Shown here one piece after another: positions 29,111-38,420 of a stretch of 64,000 nucleotides of DNA. Under the pieces are notes generated by a model. It was not told the origin of the DNA and did no database searches. It saw only the letters and a list, made by a program, of their open reading frames with translations. The translations under genes and the position numbers were made by a program. The stretch is from the sequence record SRR31156797_3690. The stretch is one strand, 5' to 3'. Numbering within the stretch: position 1 is the stretch's first letter; each line of letters opens with the position of its first letter.

Positions 29111-30394
29111 ATGAAAACAAAGAAACTTGCATTTGCAGCAGCTGCAGCCGCGACATTGGTATTAGGGGCTTGTGGAAACAACAACGATTCATCTGGTTCT
29201 ACCGAAAGTGATGAAATCGTTACAGAACTAAGCGATGATACGACTGTCACCTTTTGGCATGCAATGAATGGCGCGCAAGAAGAATCATTGACGAAATTGA
29301 CGGAGCAATTCATGGACGAAAATCCAAACATCAAGATCGAATTGCAAAACCAATCCAGCTACTCTGATCTACAAGCAAAGGTGAATTCAACCTTGCCTTC
29401 ACCAAAAGATCTACCAACTATCACCCAAGCATATCCTGGTTGGTTATGGAATGCTGCCCAAGATGACATGTTGGTTGATCTTGGCGAATACATCAACGAT
29501 GATACTATCGGTTGGGGTGACCAAGAAGAGATCCGCAGTGCCCTTTTAGAAGGCGCGCAGATCGACGGCGTGCAATACGGGATTCCTTTCAACAAATCAA
29601 CAGAAATGCTGTTCTACAATGCAGACATGTTAGACGAGTATGGTATTGACGTACCGACAAACCTTGAAGAATTAAAAGAAGCTTCTCAAGAAATCTATGA
29701 AAAATCAAACGGTGAAGTAGTAGGTGCTGGTTTTGACTCATTAAACAACTACTACGCCATCGCAATGAAAAACCAAGGTGTTGATTTTGACAAAGACTTG
29801 CAACTAGACAGCGATGAATCAAAAGAAGTCATCAACTACTACCTGGATGGTGTCAAAGAGGGCTACTTCCGAATCGCTGGTTCTGATCAATACTTGTCTG
29901 GACCATTTGCCAACGAGCAAGTCGCAATGTATGTCGGCTCAATCGCAGGGGAAGGTTTTGTTAAAAAAGATACCGAAGGCAAATTTGAATATGACGTAGC
30001 AGCTCGTCCAGAACCAATCAACTTGCAACAAGGAACTGACTTGTACATGTTCAACAGCGCAACACCAGAGCAACGCACCGCTGCTTTTGAATACATGAAA
30101 TACTTAACTTCTCCAGAAGCGCAAAAAACATGGGCGATCGATACCGGCTACATGCCAGTTGTTGAATCTGTTTTGGAAAGCGATGAATACAAAAACAATC
30201 CTGAAACAAAAGTAGCTGCCAAATTAGAAGATGCAACCAAAGAATTGTTCTCGATCCCAGTGATTGAAAATGCTGATCCTGCTTACAATGAAATGCGCTC
30301 AATCATGGAAAACATTTTGTCTAATACAGATCAAGATGTCGATCAATTGATTGAAAACGCAAAACCACAATTAGAAGATGCTTGGAACCAATAA
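29111..30394 (+). CDS. ABC substrate-binding lipoprotein (UgpB-like, family 1)
   Basis: Lipobox VLGAC, VTFWHAM, GIPFNKST, TGYMPV. Confidence 0.9.
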   Translation: MKTKKLAFAAAAAATLVLGACGNNNDSSGSTESDEIVTELSDDTTVTFWHAMNGAQEESLTKLTEQFMDENPNIKIELQNQSSYSDLQAKVNSTLPSPKDLPTITQAYPGWLWNAAQDDMLVDLGEYINDDTIGWGDQEEIRSALLEGAQIDGVQYGIPFNKSTEMLFYNADMLDEYGIDVPTNLEELKEASQEIYEKSNGEVVGAGFDSLNNYYAIAMKNQGVDFDKDLQLDSDESKEVINYYLDGVKEGYFRIAGSDQYLSGPFANEQVAMYVGSIAGEGFVKKDTEGKFEYDVAARPEPINLQQGTDLYMFNSATPEQRTAAFEYMKYLTSPEAQKTWAIDTGYMPVVESVLESDEYKNNPETKVAAKLEDATKELFSIPVIENADPAYNEMRSIMENILSNTDQDVDQLIENAKPQLEDAWNQ

Positions 30395-30569
30395 TTCTGA
30401 ATTTCTTCGTCAAAATAGGGTATAATCAGGGAAACACCTGAGATGAAACACCAAAGGGTTTGTATCATAAGGTTTGAAGACGCAAGGAAGCAGAATTTGC
30501 TGGCTTTCGAGGGTTTTCGACTTATGCGCATGCCCTTTTGGTGTATTGAGGGGAAAAGGAGTCTTTTGA

Positions 30570-32117
30570 ATGAAAATCACGTTTTTAGAAACGAGCGATA
30601 TGCATGGCTATGTCTATCCAACCAATTTTGCCGATGACACGGAACAAGGATTCGGCGTGGCAAAAGTTGCCACCAAAATGAAAGAACTGCGCCAAGCAGC
30701 CACCGGACCGGTCGTAACGATCGAAAATGGCGACTTTATCCAAGGCTCGCCCTTAAGCTATTACATTGCCAAAAGCCAGCACTCCGTTGCCGCATTGACC
30801 GCTGTCGTCAACCACCTAGACGTTGATGTTCATGTCTTAGGCAATCATGAGTTCAACTACGGTCTGCCTTATTTGCAAGAAGCGATCGCCAGCTACCAAA
30901 CACCAGTACTGGCAGCGAATATTTTAAATGAAGCGGGAGAACCATTTTTTGGACAAGCCTACACCATCATTGAAAAAGAAGGGGTCAAGATCGCGATCTT
31001 AGGAATGGTGACGCCGTATATTCCTCACTGGGAACAACCTGCGACGATTCGCGGGATGCAATTTGTCAGTATTGTTGAGACGGCGAAAAACTATGTACCT
31101 TACTTACGAGAACAAGCCGATATCGTTGTCATCAGCTACCATGGCGGCTTCGAGCGTGATTTAGTCACTGGGGAACCGACCGAATTATTGACTGGCGAAA
31201 ATGAGGGCTATCAATTACTGCAGGAAGTTTCAGGAATCGATGCCTTCTTCACAGGACACCAACATCGTGAGATCGCCACAAAAATCAATGGTGTCCCTGT
31301 TGTGCAGCCCGGTTATCGTGGAAGCTTTATCGGCGCCATCGAATTGACGGTTGAAAAAAATCAGACAGGGGTTCATGTCACAAACAGTACGGCTGCGTTG
31401 ATCCCTGTTGCGGATGCTGTCCCAGATCAAGAGACGTTGGCTTTGTTAGCACCCATCGAAGAAGAGTTACAAACATGGCTAGATCAGCCGTTAGGCAAAG
31501 TCAGTGGGGATATGCGAATCAACGATCCGATGGGGGCACGCTTGAAAGAGCATCCTTATATTGAATTCATCAATCGTGTTCAGATGGCTGCCAGCGGTGC
31601 TAAAATTTCTGGCACTGCTCTTTTCAACAATGAAGGCAAAGGCTTTGGCGCAACCATCACGATGCGGGATGTGATCACCAATTATATTTACCCAAATACA
31701 TTAGCTGTAGTCAAAATAACAGGTGCCGAATTAAAAGCTGCTTTAGAACAAACGGCGGATTATTTAGCCGTTGTTGACGGTCAGATCGTTTTCAATCCTG
31801 CTTTTATTGAACCAAAACCGCAATATTATAACTACGATATGTATGAAGGCATCGAGTATACGATCGATCTTAGTCAACCCGTTGGTCAACGAATCACCCG
31901 TTTGGACTTTGAAGAAAAAGCCATTGCGATGGACCAAGAATTAGAGATCGTCATCAACCAATACCGTGCCGTGGGCGGTGGCAACTACGCCATGTTTTCT
32001 GCCGAAAAAATCGTTCGTGAGATACAAGTCGATATGACGGAACTGATTGCTGTCTATTTGAAACAGCATCCTCAGATCGAAGCTACGACGAATCAAAACT
32101 TTCTAGTGACGTTATAA
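30570..32117 (+). CDS. Bifunctional metallophosphatase / 5'-nucleotidase (2',3'-cyclic phosphodiesterase family), cytoplasmic
   Basis: TSDMHG, NGDFIQGSP, GNHEFNYG, YHGG, TGHQH, YIYPNTL, YRAVGGG; no signal peptide. Confidence 0.9.
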   Translation: MKITFLETSDMHGYVYPTNFADDTEQGFGVAKVATKMKELRQAATGPVVTIENGDFIQGSPLSYYIAKSQHSVAALTAVVNHLDVDVHVLGNHEFNYGLPYLQEAIASYQTPVLAANILNEAGEPFFGQAYTIIEKEGVKIAILGMVTPYIPHWEQPATIRGMQFVSIVETAKNYVPYLREQADIVVISYHGGFERDLVTGEPTELLTGENEGYQLLQEVSGIDAFFTGHQHREIATKINGVPVVQPGYRGSFIGAIELTVEKNQTGVHVTNSTAALIPVADAVPDQETLALLAPIEEELQTWLDQPLGKVSGDMRINDPMGARLKEHPYIEFINRVQMAASGAKISGTALFNNEGKGFGATITMRDVITNYIYPNTLAVVKITGAELKAALEQTADYLAVVDGQIVFNPAFIEPKPQYYNYDMYEGIEYTIDLSQPVGQRITRLDFEEKAIAMDQELEIVINQYRAVGGGNYAMFSAEKIVREIQVDMTELIAVYLKQHPQIEATTNQNFLVTL

Positions 32118-32122
32118 TAGCA

Positions 32123-32159
32123 AAACAGCCTGCGATGAATGAATCATCGCAGGCTGTTT
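32123..32159. terminator. Bidirectional terminator
   Basis: AAACAGCCTGCGATGA / TCATCGCAGGCTGTTT between convergent genes. Confidence 0.85.
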
Positions 32160-32160
32160 C

Positions 32161-32322
32161 TTAATTTTCTACATTACGTACATAGTCATCAAAGTATTTT
32201 ACCAAATCCGCTTTGACTTGTTGATAGTCTTCTTCGGAATAGTCTTTGTCTTCTAGTTTTGCTTCGAAAAATGGCATGGCCAATTCTTCTCGTAAACGAT
32301 CCAACACTTGTTCTTGGTTCAT
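32161..32322 (-). CDS. Small acidic hypothetical protein, 53 aa (absent from the ORF track)
   Basis: MNQEQVLDRLREELAMPFFEAKLEDKDYSEEDYQQVKADLVKYFDDYVRNVEN; AAAGGTG RBS; stop abuts the terminator. Confidence 0.75.
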   Translation of the reverse strand: MNQEQVLDRLREELAMPFFEAKLEDKDYSEEDYQQVKADLVKYFDDYVRNVEN

Positions 32323-32355
32323 AACGTCACCTTTTTCACTTTTGATTTGATTTCA

Positions 32356-32706
32356 TCATAACAAATGAAATGAGGCTGTCAATGCTTCGTAAGTGTCTTT
32401 CATTTTTTCTAAACGATTTTTTAAAGAAACAAAATCATCGTCATCATGAAAAAGGACTTGTTTTAATTCAAAATAATAGATCTCAAAAGCATCAAAGAAA
32501 GCAATGACTTCCGCTGTTTGCAGCTCTTTGGCAGTATCGCAGCGAATATAGGCTTTTTCAGCGATCGCATACGTTTCCGCAGTCGTTAATAGGACCAATG
32601 ATTCATTGTATTTGCGGCTCGTCACTAGTTCAAAGGTTGATTGACATTTATTGTAGATATTAGAAAAATCTTTGAGCACGAGTTCCTTTGGTGTTTTATC
32701 AAACAT
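32356..32706 (-). CDS. Hypothetical protein
   Basis: 116 aa from ATG 32706 behind GGAGG; follows pgl on the same strand. Confidence 0.75.
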   Translation of the reverse strand: MFDKTPKELVLKDFSNIYNKCQSTFELVTSRKYNESLVLLTTAETYAIAEKAYIRCDTAKELQTAEVIAFFDAFEIYYFELKQVLFHDDDDFVSLKNRLEKMKDTYEALTASFHLL

Positions 32707-32725
32707 GGGGGAATCCTCCAAAACT

Positions 32726-33748
32726 TTATTTTTTGAATAAGACGCAGACACATTCTGGTGCGTAGATGTCTTTTTCTAAGACAGTCAATTTGCCAGTGGC
32801 TTCATCGCGTTTGTATAACGTTAGGTTATCAGAATTTTGGTTGGCACAAACCAGATAATCGTTTGTCGGGTCCAAATCGAAATCGCGAGGGAAGTCGCCT
32901 TCTGTTGAGATTGATTGAACAAAAGCCAGGCCAGCGCCTTCATCGGTTACTTCAAAAACAGCGATTGAATTATGGCCGCGATTTGAGCTGTAAACAAAAC
33001 GTCCATCGTTCGAGATCCGTACCGCAGCGCCACTGTTGAAATCCGTAAAGTCCGCAGGGATCGTTGGCACCTTTTGGATTTTCTCAAAACTGCCATCTGC
33101 TTGATTGTAGCGTAAAACAGTCAATGAGCTGTCTAATTCGCCCACTAAGTAAGCGTATTGGTTATTTGGATGGAAGACTAAGTGACGAGGACCAGTTCCG
33201 TCTTCTGCCACATAGACAGCTACTTCTGTCAGTTTGCCATCTTCTGAAATATCATAAGTATAGACCCGGTCCGTTCCAAGGTCACAAACTGCTAAACGTT
33301 GGTCTGGTGTTAAGTCAGTATAATGGACATGAGGTTTGTCTTGGTTTTCATGAGAGCCGACGGGTTCATCATGGTAGATGCTGTCCGTTGCTTCGATGCT
33401 GCCATCTTCTAGAATTTTATAAACATTCACTTCACCTTTGTGGTAGTTGGCACCATATAAAAGCTGACGGTTTTCATCAACTGCTACATAGCAAAGGGGT
33501 GCGCCTTCTTCCGTTGCGGTATTCAGCAAGGTAAAGTCTGGGGTATAAGCAGCGGCACCGCCGTTGCCAGCTACTTCTGTGACGCTGTAAACTGCTTCTT
33601 TTTTACTGCGGGCAAGATAAGTCGGACTTTTTTCTTCCGCACATAAGGTCAAATCGGTCAGTGTTCCTTTTTCCGTATCTAAAGCGATCGAATAGATCCC
33701 CTTACTTTCGCGACGAGTGTACGTACCTAAATAAATCGTTTGCAACAT
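32726..33748 (-). CDS. pgl: 6-phosphogluconolactonase (lactonase, 7-bladed propeller)
   Basis: YLGTYT, ANYHKG, PHVH, DLGTD, GPRH, SNRGHNS, FPRDF; ATG 33748 behind AGGAGG. Confidence 0.9.
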   Translation of the reverse strand: MLQTIYLGTYTRRESKGIYSIALDTEKGTLTDLTLCAEEKSPTYLARSKKEAVYSVTEVAGNGGAAAYTPDFTLLNTATEEGAPLCYVAVDENRQLLYGANYHKGEVNVYKILEDGSIEATDSIYHDEPVGSHENQDKPHVHYTDLTPDQRLAVCDLGTDRVYTYDISEDGKLTEVAVYVAEDGTGPRHLVFHPNNQYAYLVGELDSSLTVLRYNQADGSFEKIQKVPTIPADFTDFNSGAAVRISNDGRFVYSSNRGHNSIAVFEVTDEGAGLAFVQSISTEGDFPRDFDLDPTNDYLVCANQNSDNLTLYKRDEATGKLTVLEKDIYAPECVCVLFKK

Positions 33749-33866
33749 AAAAAAACCTCCTAATAGTTTCATTCCTCTTTAATTCTACCATAGAATGCGG
33801 TTTTGGGCGGGCAGAAAAACTCTTTATGTTATAATAAACGAGAAGATAGAAAGGGGAGTTTGTCAT

Positions 33867-34220
33867 ATGAAAAAAGGGACGATCAAAGAAATCGGTCCAC
33901 AGGCGATCGATTCGCAAGAAAGAATGATCATCTTCTTTGGGGAAGAAGCGACCGATACATTGCGAGAATATTCAGTCATCCAAACGATTCCTGATTCGCA
34001 AGCGTTAGTCGTAAAGAAAGAGGATCAGATTACTTTTGGTGATCAGACCTATCAAGTCCAATATGTAGGAACGGTGGCTAACCAAATCCTGCAAACGATC
34101 CAGCATGTGACCTTTGTCTTTGACGAAGTGCCGGCTGAAGAACCGCTTTCAAGTGCGATTTATTTAACGCCAACTGTTTTGCCGAACCTAGAAGTCGGCA
34201 TGCAAGTGACGTACAACTAG
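33867..34220 (+). CDS. PTS glucitol/sorbitol-family EIIA component
   Basis: 117 aa; MIIFFGE, LREYSVI, VGTVANQ..TIQHVTFVFD pattern; ATG behind AAGGGGAG. Confidence 0.75.
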   Translation: MKKGTIKEIGPQAIDSQERMIIFFGEEATDTLREYSVIQTIPDSQALVVKKEDQITFGDQTYQVQYVGTVANQILQTIQHVTFVFDEVPAEEPLSSAIYLTPTVLPNLEVGMQVTYN

Positions 34221-34235
34221 GAGGCAAAGAATGTC

Positions 34236-35417
34236 ATGAAAGAAACGCAGAAAAAGCCGCATTCCTGGTTTTGGAAATGGTTTTTAAACAATCAAGCAGT
34301 GACCAGCTTGCTGGTCATTTTATTGATTCTCTTAATTTTGCTGCTCTTCACGAAAGTTTCATATTTGTTTGAGCCTGTCTGGCAATTTTTAGCCATCGTC
34401 GGATTGCCAATCATTTTGGCTGGGATCTTGTATTACTTGATGAATCCCACTGTTGACTATTTGGAGCGCAAAGGAATCAAACGAATTTACAGTATTTTTG
34501 GTCTTTTTGTTTTGGTGGTTGGTCTGATTGTCTGGGGGGTGGTGGTCATCATTCCTAAGATTCAAGAGCAATCCATGAGTTTTGCGGATAATCTGCCGGG
34601 GTATTTGACGATTATTGAGAATAAGGTGAATGAAATCTTGTCTGATCCAATCTTCTCGCAAGTCCAAGATCAGATCGAAGCTTCCAATGAGAAGTTGATT
34701 TCTTCTCTGACGGATATCGTCCAAAATCTTTCCCGCAGTACGATTCAAAATCTAGGTAGTTTCTTCGGGGCCGTTGCGACGATCGTTTTAGCGGTCATTA
34801 CCATGCCGTTTATTTTGTTCTACCTACTGAAAGATGGCCGCAAACTAGCCCCTTATTTTGTCAAATTTTTACCAACCAAAATGCGCCAGCCGTCACTGAT
34901 CGTTTTAAAAGAAATGAATGACCAGGTATCCTCCTATATTCGGGGACAGCTGACAGTGGCGTTTGCGGTCGCAGTGATGTTTATGATCGGCTTTAGTATT
35001 ATTGGCTTAGATTATGCCATCACACTGGGGATTGCAGCGGGATTTCTAAATTTGATCCCTTATTTAGGCTCCTTTTTGGCCATGATCCCTGCGGTCTTTT
35101 TAGGAATCGTCGGCGGACCAGTGTTACTGATCCAAGTTCTGATCGTTTTTGTTATTGAGCAAACCATTGAAGGACGCTTGATTTCGCCATTAGTTCTAGG
35201 AAATGAGTTGTCGATCCATCCTGTCACGATCCTGTTAGTCCTCTTGACTTCAGGAAAATTGTTTGGTCTTGTTGGGGTCATTTTAGGGATTCCTGTCTAT
35301 GCGGCTGCCAAGGTGATCATTACCCATGTGTTTGAATGGTATACGCGGGTTTCCTCCTTGTATGAAGAGGAAGAACCAATCCTCGAAGCACCACCAGAGG
35401 ACACCCCAGAAGTTTAG
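34236..35417 (+). CDS. AI-2E family transporter
   Basis: FYLLKDG, YIRGQ, NLIPYLG, EQTIEGRLISP, IHPVTI motifs. Confidence 0.9.
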   Translation: MKETQKKPHSWFWKWFLNNQAVTSLLVILLILLILLLFTKVSYLFEPVWQFLAIVGLPIILAGILYYLMNPTVDYLERKGIKRIYSIFGLFVLVVGLIVWGVVVIIPKIQEQSMSFADNLPGYLTIIENKVNEILSDPIFSQVQDQIEASNEKLISSLTDIVQNLSRSTIQNLGSFFGAVATIVLAVITMPFILFYLLKDGRKLAPYFVKFLPTKMRQPSLIVLKEMNDQVSSYIRGQLTVAFAVAVMFMIGFSIIGLDYAITLGIAAGFLNLIPYLGSFLAMIPAVFLGIVGGPVLLIQVLIVFVIEQTIEGRLISPLVLGNELSIHPVTILLVLLTSGKLFGLVGVILGIPVYAAAKVIITHVFEWYTRVSSLYEEEEPILEAPPEDTPEV

Positions 35418-35455
35418 CAGCTTCGAGTGCAAAAGAGTCCATACGTATTATCAAC

Positions 35456-35489
35456 GGTACAGCCTTTTTCTGTGGGCTGTACCTTTTTT
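35456..35489 (+). terminator. Intrinsic terminator
   Basis: GGTACAGCC...GGCTGTACC plus T6. Confidence 0.8.
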
Positions 35490-35699
35490 GTGCGGATAAA
35501 AGAGCCAGCAATCATTGGAAAGTAACGGAAGATTTACAACCTATGAACGATGATTTGGGAGAAATCGACAGCTCTTTATTCAATAGAAAGAGCGAGGGAG
35601 TAGTGTCTTGGACCCGATTGACTTCGCAGGAACAAAAGAATATAATCGAGTTATATAAATCGTTTATATAATGTGACTTGTGCTTAAGGAGGGGCTTGG

Positions 35700-36275
35700 A
35701 TGCCAAAACAACGAATAACAAAGGAAATGGTGGTTGATGCCGCTTTTGAGATTGCTCGAAAAGGCGGTATGGAGCAAGTGATTGTCAAAAATATTGCGGA
35801 AAGGTTAGGCTGTTCAGTCCAGCCCATTTATAGTTATTGCACCAATATGGAAGGACTGCGGACAGAAGTAGAGCAGAAAGCACGGCAATTTTTACAAGCG
35901 TATCTAGAAGCCCATAGCGACCCCCAGGATCTGTTTCGCAGTACCGGACACGCGTATTTGCAATTGGCGAAAGAAGAACCCCAAATTTTGAGAATTTTTG
36001 TCTTACAAAAAAGAGCGAATGTTTCGTCATTAGAAGAGCTGTATCAGTTGGAGACGAATCCTCAAGTAGCAAAGAGGATTGCCGCCGATTTGAACATCAG
36101 CATAGAAACCGCCAAACAGCTGCACTTGCATATGCTCATTTACACGATCGGAATCGGCACGATTTTCGCAGTAACGACACCAGGTATTCCATTAGGTGAA
36201 ATCTATGCACAACAGGAAGAAGCTTACGAGATGTTTTTGAAACAGGCAATAGATGGCACAAAAAGTAGGTCGTAG
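35700..36275 (+). CDS. TetR/AcrR family regulator
   Basis: N-terminal HTH (AAFEIARKGG...IAERLGCSVQPIYSY). Confidence 0.88.
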   Translation: MPKQRITKEMVVDAAFEIARKGGMEQVIVKNIAERLGCSVQPIYSYCTNMEGLRTEVEQKARQFLQAYLEAHSDPQDLFRSTGHAYLQLAKEEPQILRIFVLQKRANVSSLEELYQLETNPQVAKRIAADLNISIETAKQLHLHMLIYTIGIGTIFAVTTPGIPLGEIYAQQEEAYEMFLKQAIDGTKSRS

Positions 36276-36300
36276 TCCTAACTGCAGGGAGGAATTCCTC

Positions 36301-36837
36301 ATGAAAAATGGCATTATTGTTTATCAATCGAAATACGGCGCTGTCAAAAAGTATGTCCACTGGCTTCAAGAAGCAACAGGTTTTCCCTGCCTAGAAACCC
36401 CAAAAGCCAAAATAGCTGAAGTAATGGATTATGACACAATTATCTTCTGTGGGGGAATCTATGCTTCGGGTATTGCTGGACTGTCCTTTTTAAAAAAGAA
36501 TAGCAATCAGCTAAAAGGCAAAGAGATACTCATCTTTTGTGCGGGAGCTTCTGTTACTGAAAAAGTGGTAGTGAAAAAACTCAGAGAACAGAATCTCACG
36601 GGTCCGCTAAAGGACATCCCCTTTTTTTACGGAAGAGGACAATGGCAGGAAAGCAAAATGAACTTTTTCGATCGAACCTTAGTGAAAATGTTAAGAAAAG
36701 CGGCCGCTAAAAAAGAGCCACACACCTATGACCCACAGACGAAGGTACTCATGGAAGCCAATGGACAAGATTGCGATTGGACGGATAAAAAATACTTGGT
36801 TCCGTTGGTGGATTATTTGGAGCAGGAATTGTATTGA
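36301..36837 (+). CDS. Flavodoxin-domain protein (HemG-like)
   Basis: IIVYQSKYGAVKKY, YDTIIFCGGIYA, DWTD; ATG 36301 behind GGAGG. Confidence 0.85.
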   Translation: MKNGIIVYQSKYGAVKKYVHWLQEATGFPCLETPKAKIAEVMDYDTIIFCGGIYASGIAGLSFLKKNSNQLKGKEILIFCAGASVTEKVVVKKLREQNLTGPLKDIPFFYGRGQWQESKMNFFDRTLVKMLRKAAAKKEPHTYDPQTKVLMEANGQDCDWTDKKYLVPLVDYLEQELY

Positions 36838-37016
36838 ACGAGCACAAGCGCTTTATTGAGGTTTTATGAATCAAATGAGCAATAAGTGACCAGAGTGTAA
36901 GAACAGAACAAAATTAGTTTACTGCGAATAGATTTTTTGTTGTGACACCAAGAGTCTGCAACTAAGTTCTTAAAATTGTTTGATCTATTCCTAAAATTCA
37001 ATGAGTAAGTAGAATG

Positions 37017-37059
37017 CCGATCACGCATGAGAGGATGTCTTATGCGTGACGGTTTTTTT
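37017..37059 (+). terminator. Intrinsic terminator
   Basis: CCG-TCACGCATGAGA / TCTTATGCGTGA-CGG plus T7. Confidence 0.75.
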
Positions 37060-37403
37060 GTTTATAGCTTATCTTAATAGAAAAAACGGGAGTAGCTGAT
37101 TCCTTTGTTTATAAAATTCTCAGACATTGTATCTAATAGTTCTATTTTTTAGCTTTGCATGATGAACATTTTTGTGAAGCTGAACGTTAAACCAGGTCTT
37201 TCAAGTGCTAAAAAAATAAGCAGAGAAGCTATCTCTGTATGTACAATGTATATTCTTTCTAAATGCAAGATATCTTTCGTTGCGGGCTTTTTTATGGCTT
37301 GGACGGATTTGACATATTGTTGCAAGAAATACATATGGTCGCTGAAAACATTGGTTGCGTATACTGAATGCAAGACAAAAGAAAACCTTGCGAGGTCAAG
37401 AAA

Positions 37404-38294
37404 ATGTGGATTTTAGCAATTGATATTGGCGGTACTGCTATTAAATGTGGGTTAGTGAATAGTCAAGGGGAACGCAGACAATTGACTCAATTTCCTATGA
37501 ACAAGGAATATTCCACAGTCACGCAACGTATATGTCGACAGATCGATGCATTCTATGCAGCAGCATTTGATGGCATCGCTATTAGCTCAACGGGACTGGT
37601 TGATCCACAAAGCCAAGAAATCGGGATGACATCACCTTTATATGAAGGATTTGGTAAAAGACTGGTTAAGCATTTGCGCAGTACATACCAATGTCCAGTT
37701 GCTGCCGAAAATGATGGCAACTGTGCGCTATTGGCAGAAAAATGGTTGGGTCACGCTCAAAATTGTGCGTCCTTTGCGACAATTGTCCTAGGTACATCCG
37801 TTGGCGGTGGCTTGATGATCGATCATCAATTGATTCGCGGCAAACACTTACTAGCAGGAGAGTTTGGTTATCTGCTTTTTCCGACCGAAAGGAAGGATTG
37901 GGAACTTTGGAGCATCGCAGGGTCAACCAGAACATTAGTAGAGAAAACAGCAAAACGTATCGGAGACCCAACAATCAATGGCCAGCGTATTGATACACTG
38001 GTTCAAGAACAAGATCCGCGATGTCTGCCAGTAGTAGCTGATTTTGTCGATAAACTGGCGGCGGCTTGCTATAGCCTGCAATATATGATTGATCCGGAAA
38101 TCATCTTGATTGGCGGTGGAATCAGTGCGAGCCGTTTCTTGATCCCACATGTAAACGCACGATTAGCTATGATTGCTGAGCAGATTCCTAGTACTGTTAT
38201 CGTGCCAAACATTTGTGCCTGTCGTTTCGGCAATGAATCTAATTTATTGGGCGCTTGTTATAACTGGTTAAGAAAATACAAGCCTGATAGCTGA
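37404..38294 (+). CDS. ROK family sugar kinase
   Basis: AIDIGGT, ENDGNCALLAE, LGTSVGGG, AGEFG, IGGGIS; no HTH. Confidence 0.88.
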   Translation: MWILAIDIGGTAIKCGLVNSQGERRQLTQFPMNKEYSTVTQRICRQIDAFYAAAFDGIAISSTGLVDPQSQEIGMTSPLYEGFGKRLVKHLRSTYQCPVAAENDGNCALLAEKWLGHAQNCASFATIVLGTSVGGGLMIDHQLIRGKHLLAGEFGYLLFPTERKDWELWSIAGSTRTLVEKTAKRIGDPTINGQRIDTLVQEQDPRCLPVVADFVDKLAAACYSLQYMIDPEIILIGGGISASRFLIPHVNARLAMIAEQIPSTVIVPNICACRFGNESNLLGACYNWLRKYKPDS

Positions 38295-38382
38295 CTTGTA
38301 AAAAAGCATTGTTTTTTATTAAAATAAAGCGTATTTTATTAGAGTATCATACATTCTTTTCTCCTAAATAAGTACCGATAAA

Positions 38383-38396
38383 TGAAAGCGTTTTTG
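38383..38396 (+). promoter_or_regulatory. Putative cre (CcpA) site
   Basis: TGAAAGCGTTTTTG versus consensus TGWAANCGNTNWCA, upstream of the AraC gene. Confidence 0.5.
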
Positions 38397-38420
38397 AGCT
38401 TTCGAAATAACAGAGAATAG

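Noticed and set aside
37149-37416. Overlapping short ORFs 37159-37416 (+) and 37149-37373 (-)
   Set aside because: No RBS or recognisable motifs; probably the promoter region of the ROK gene
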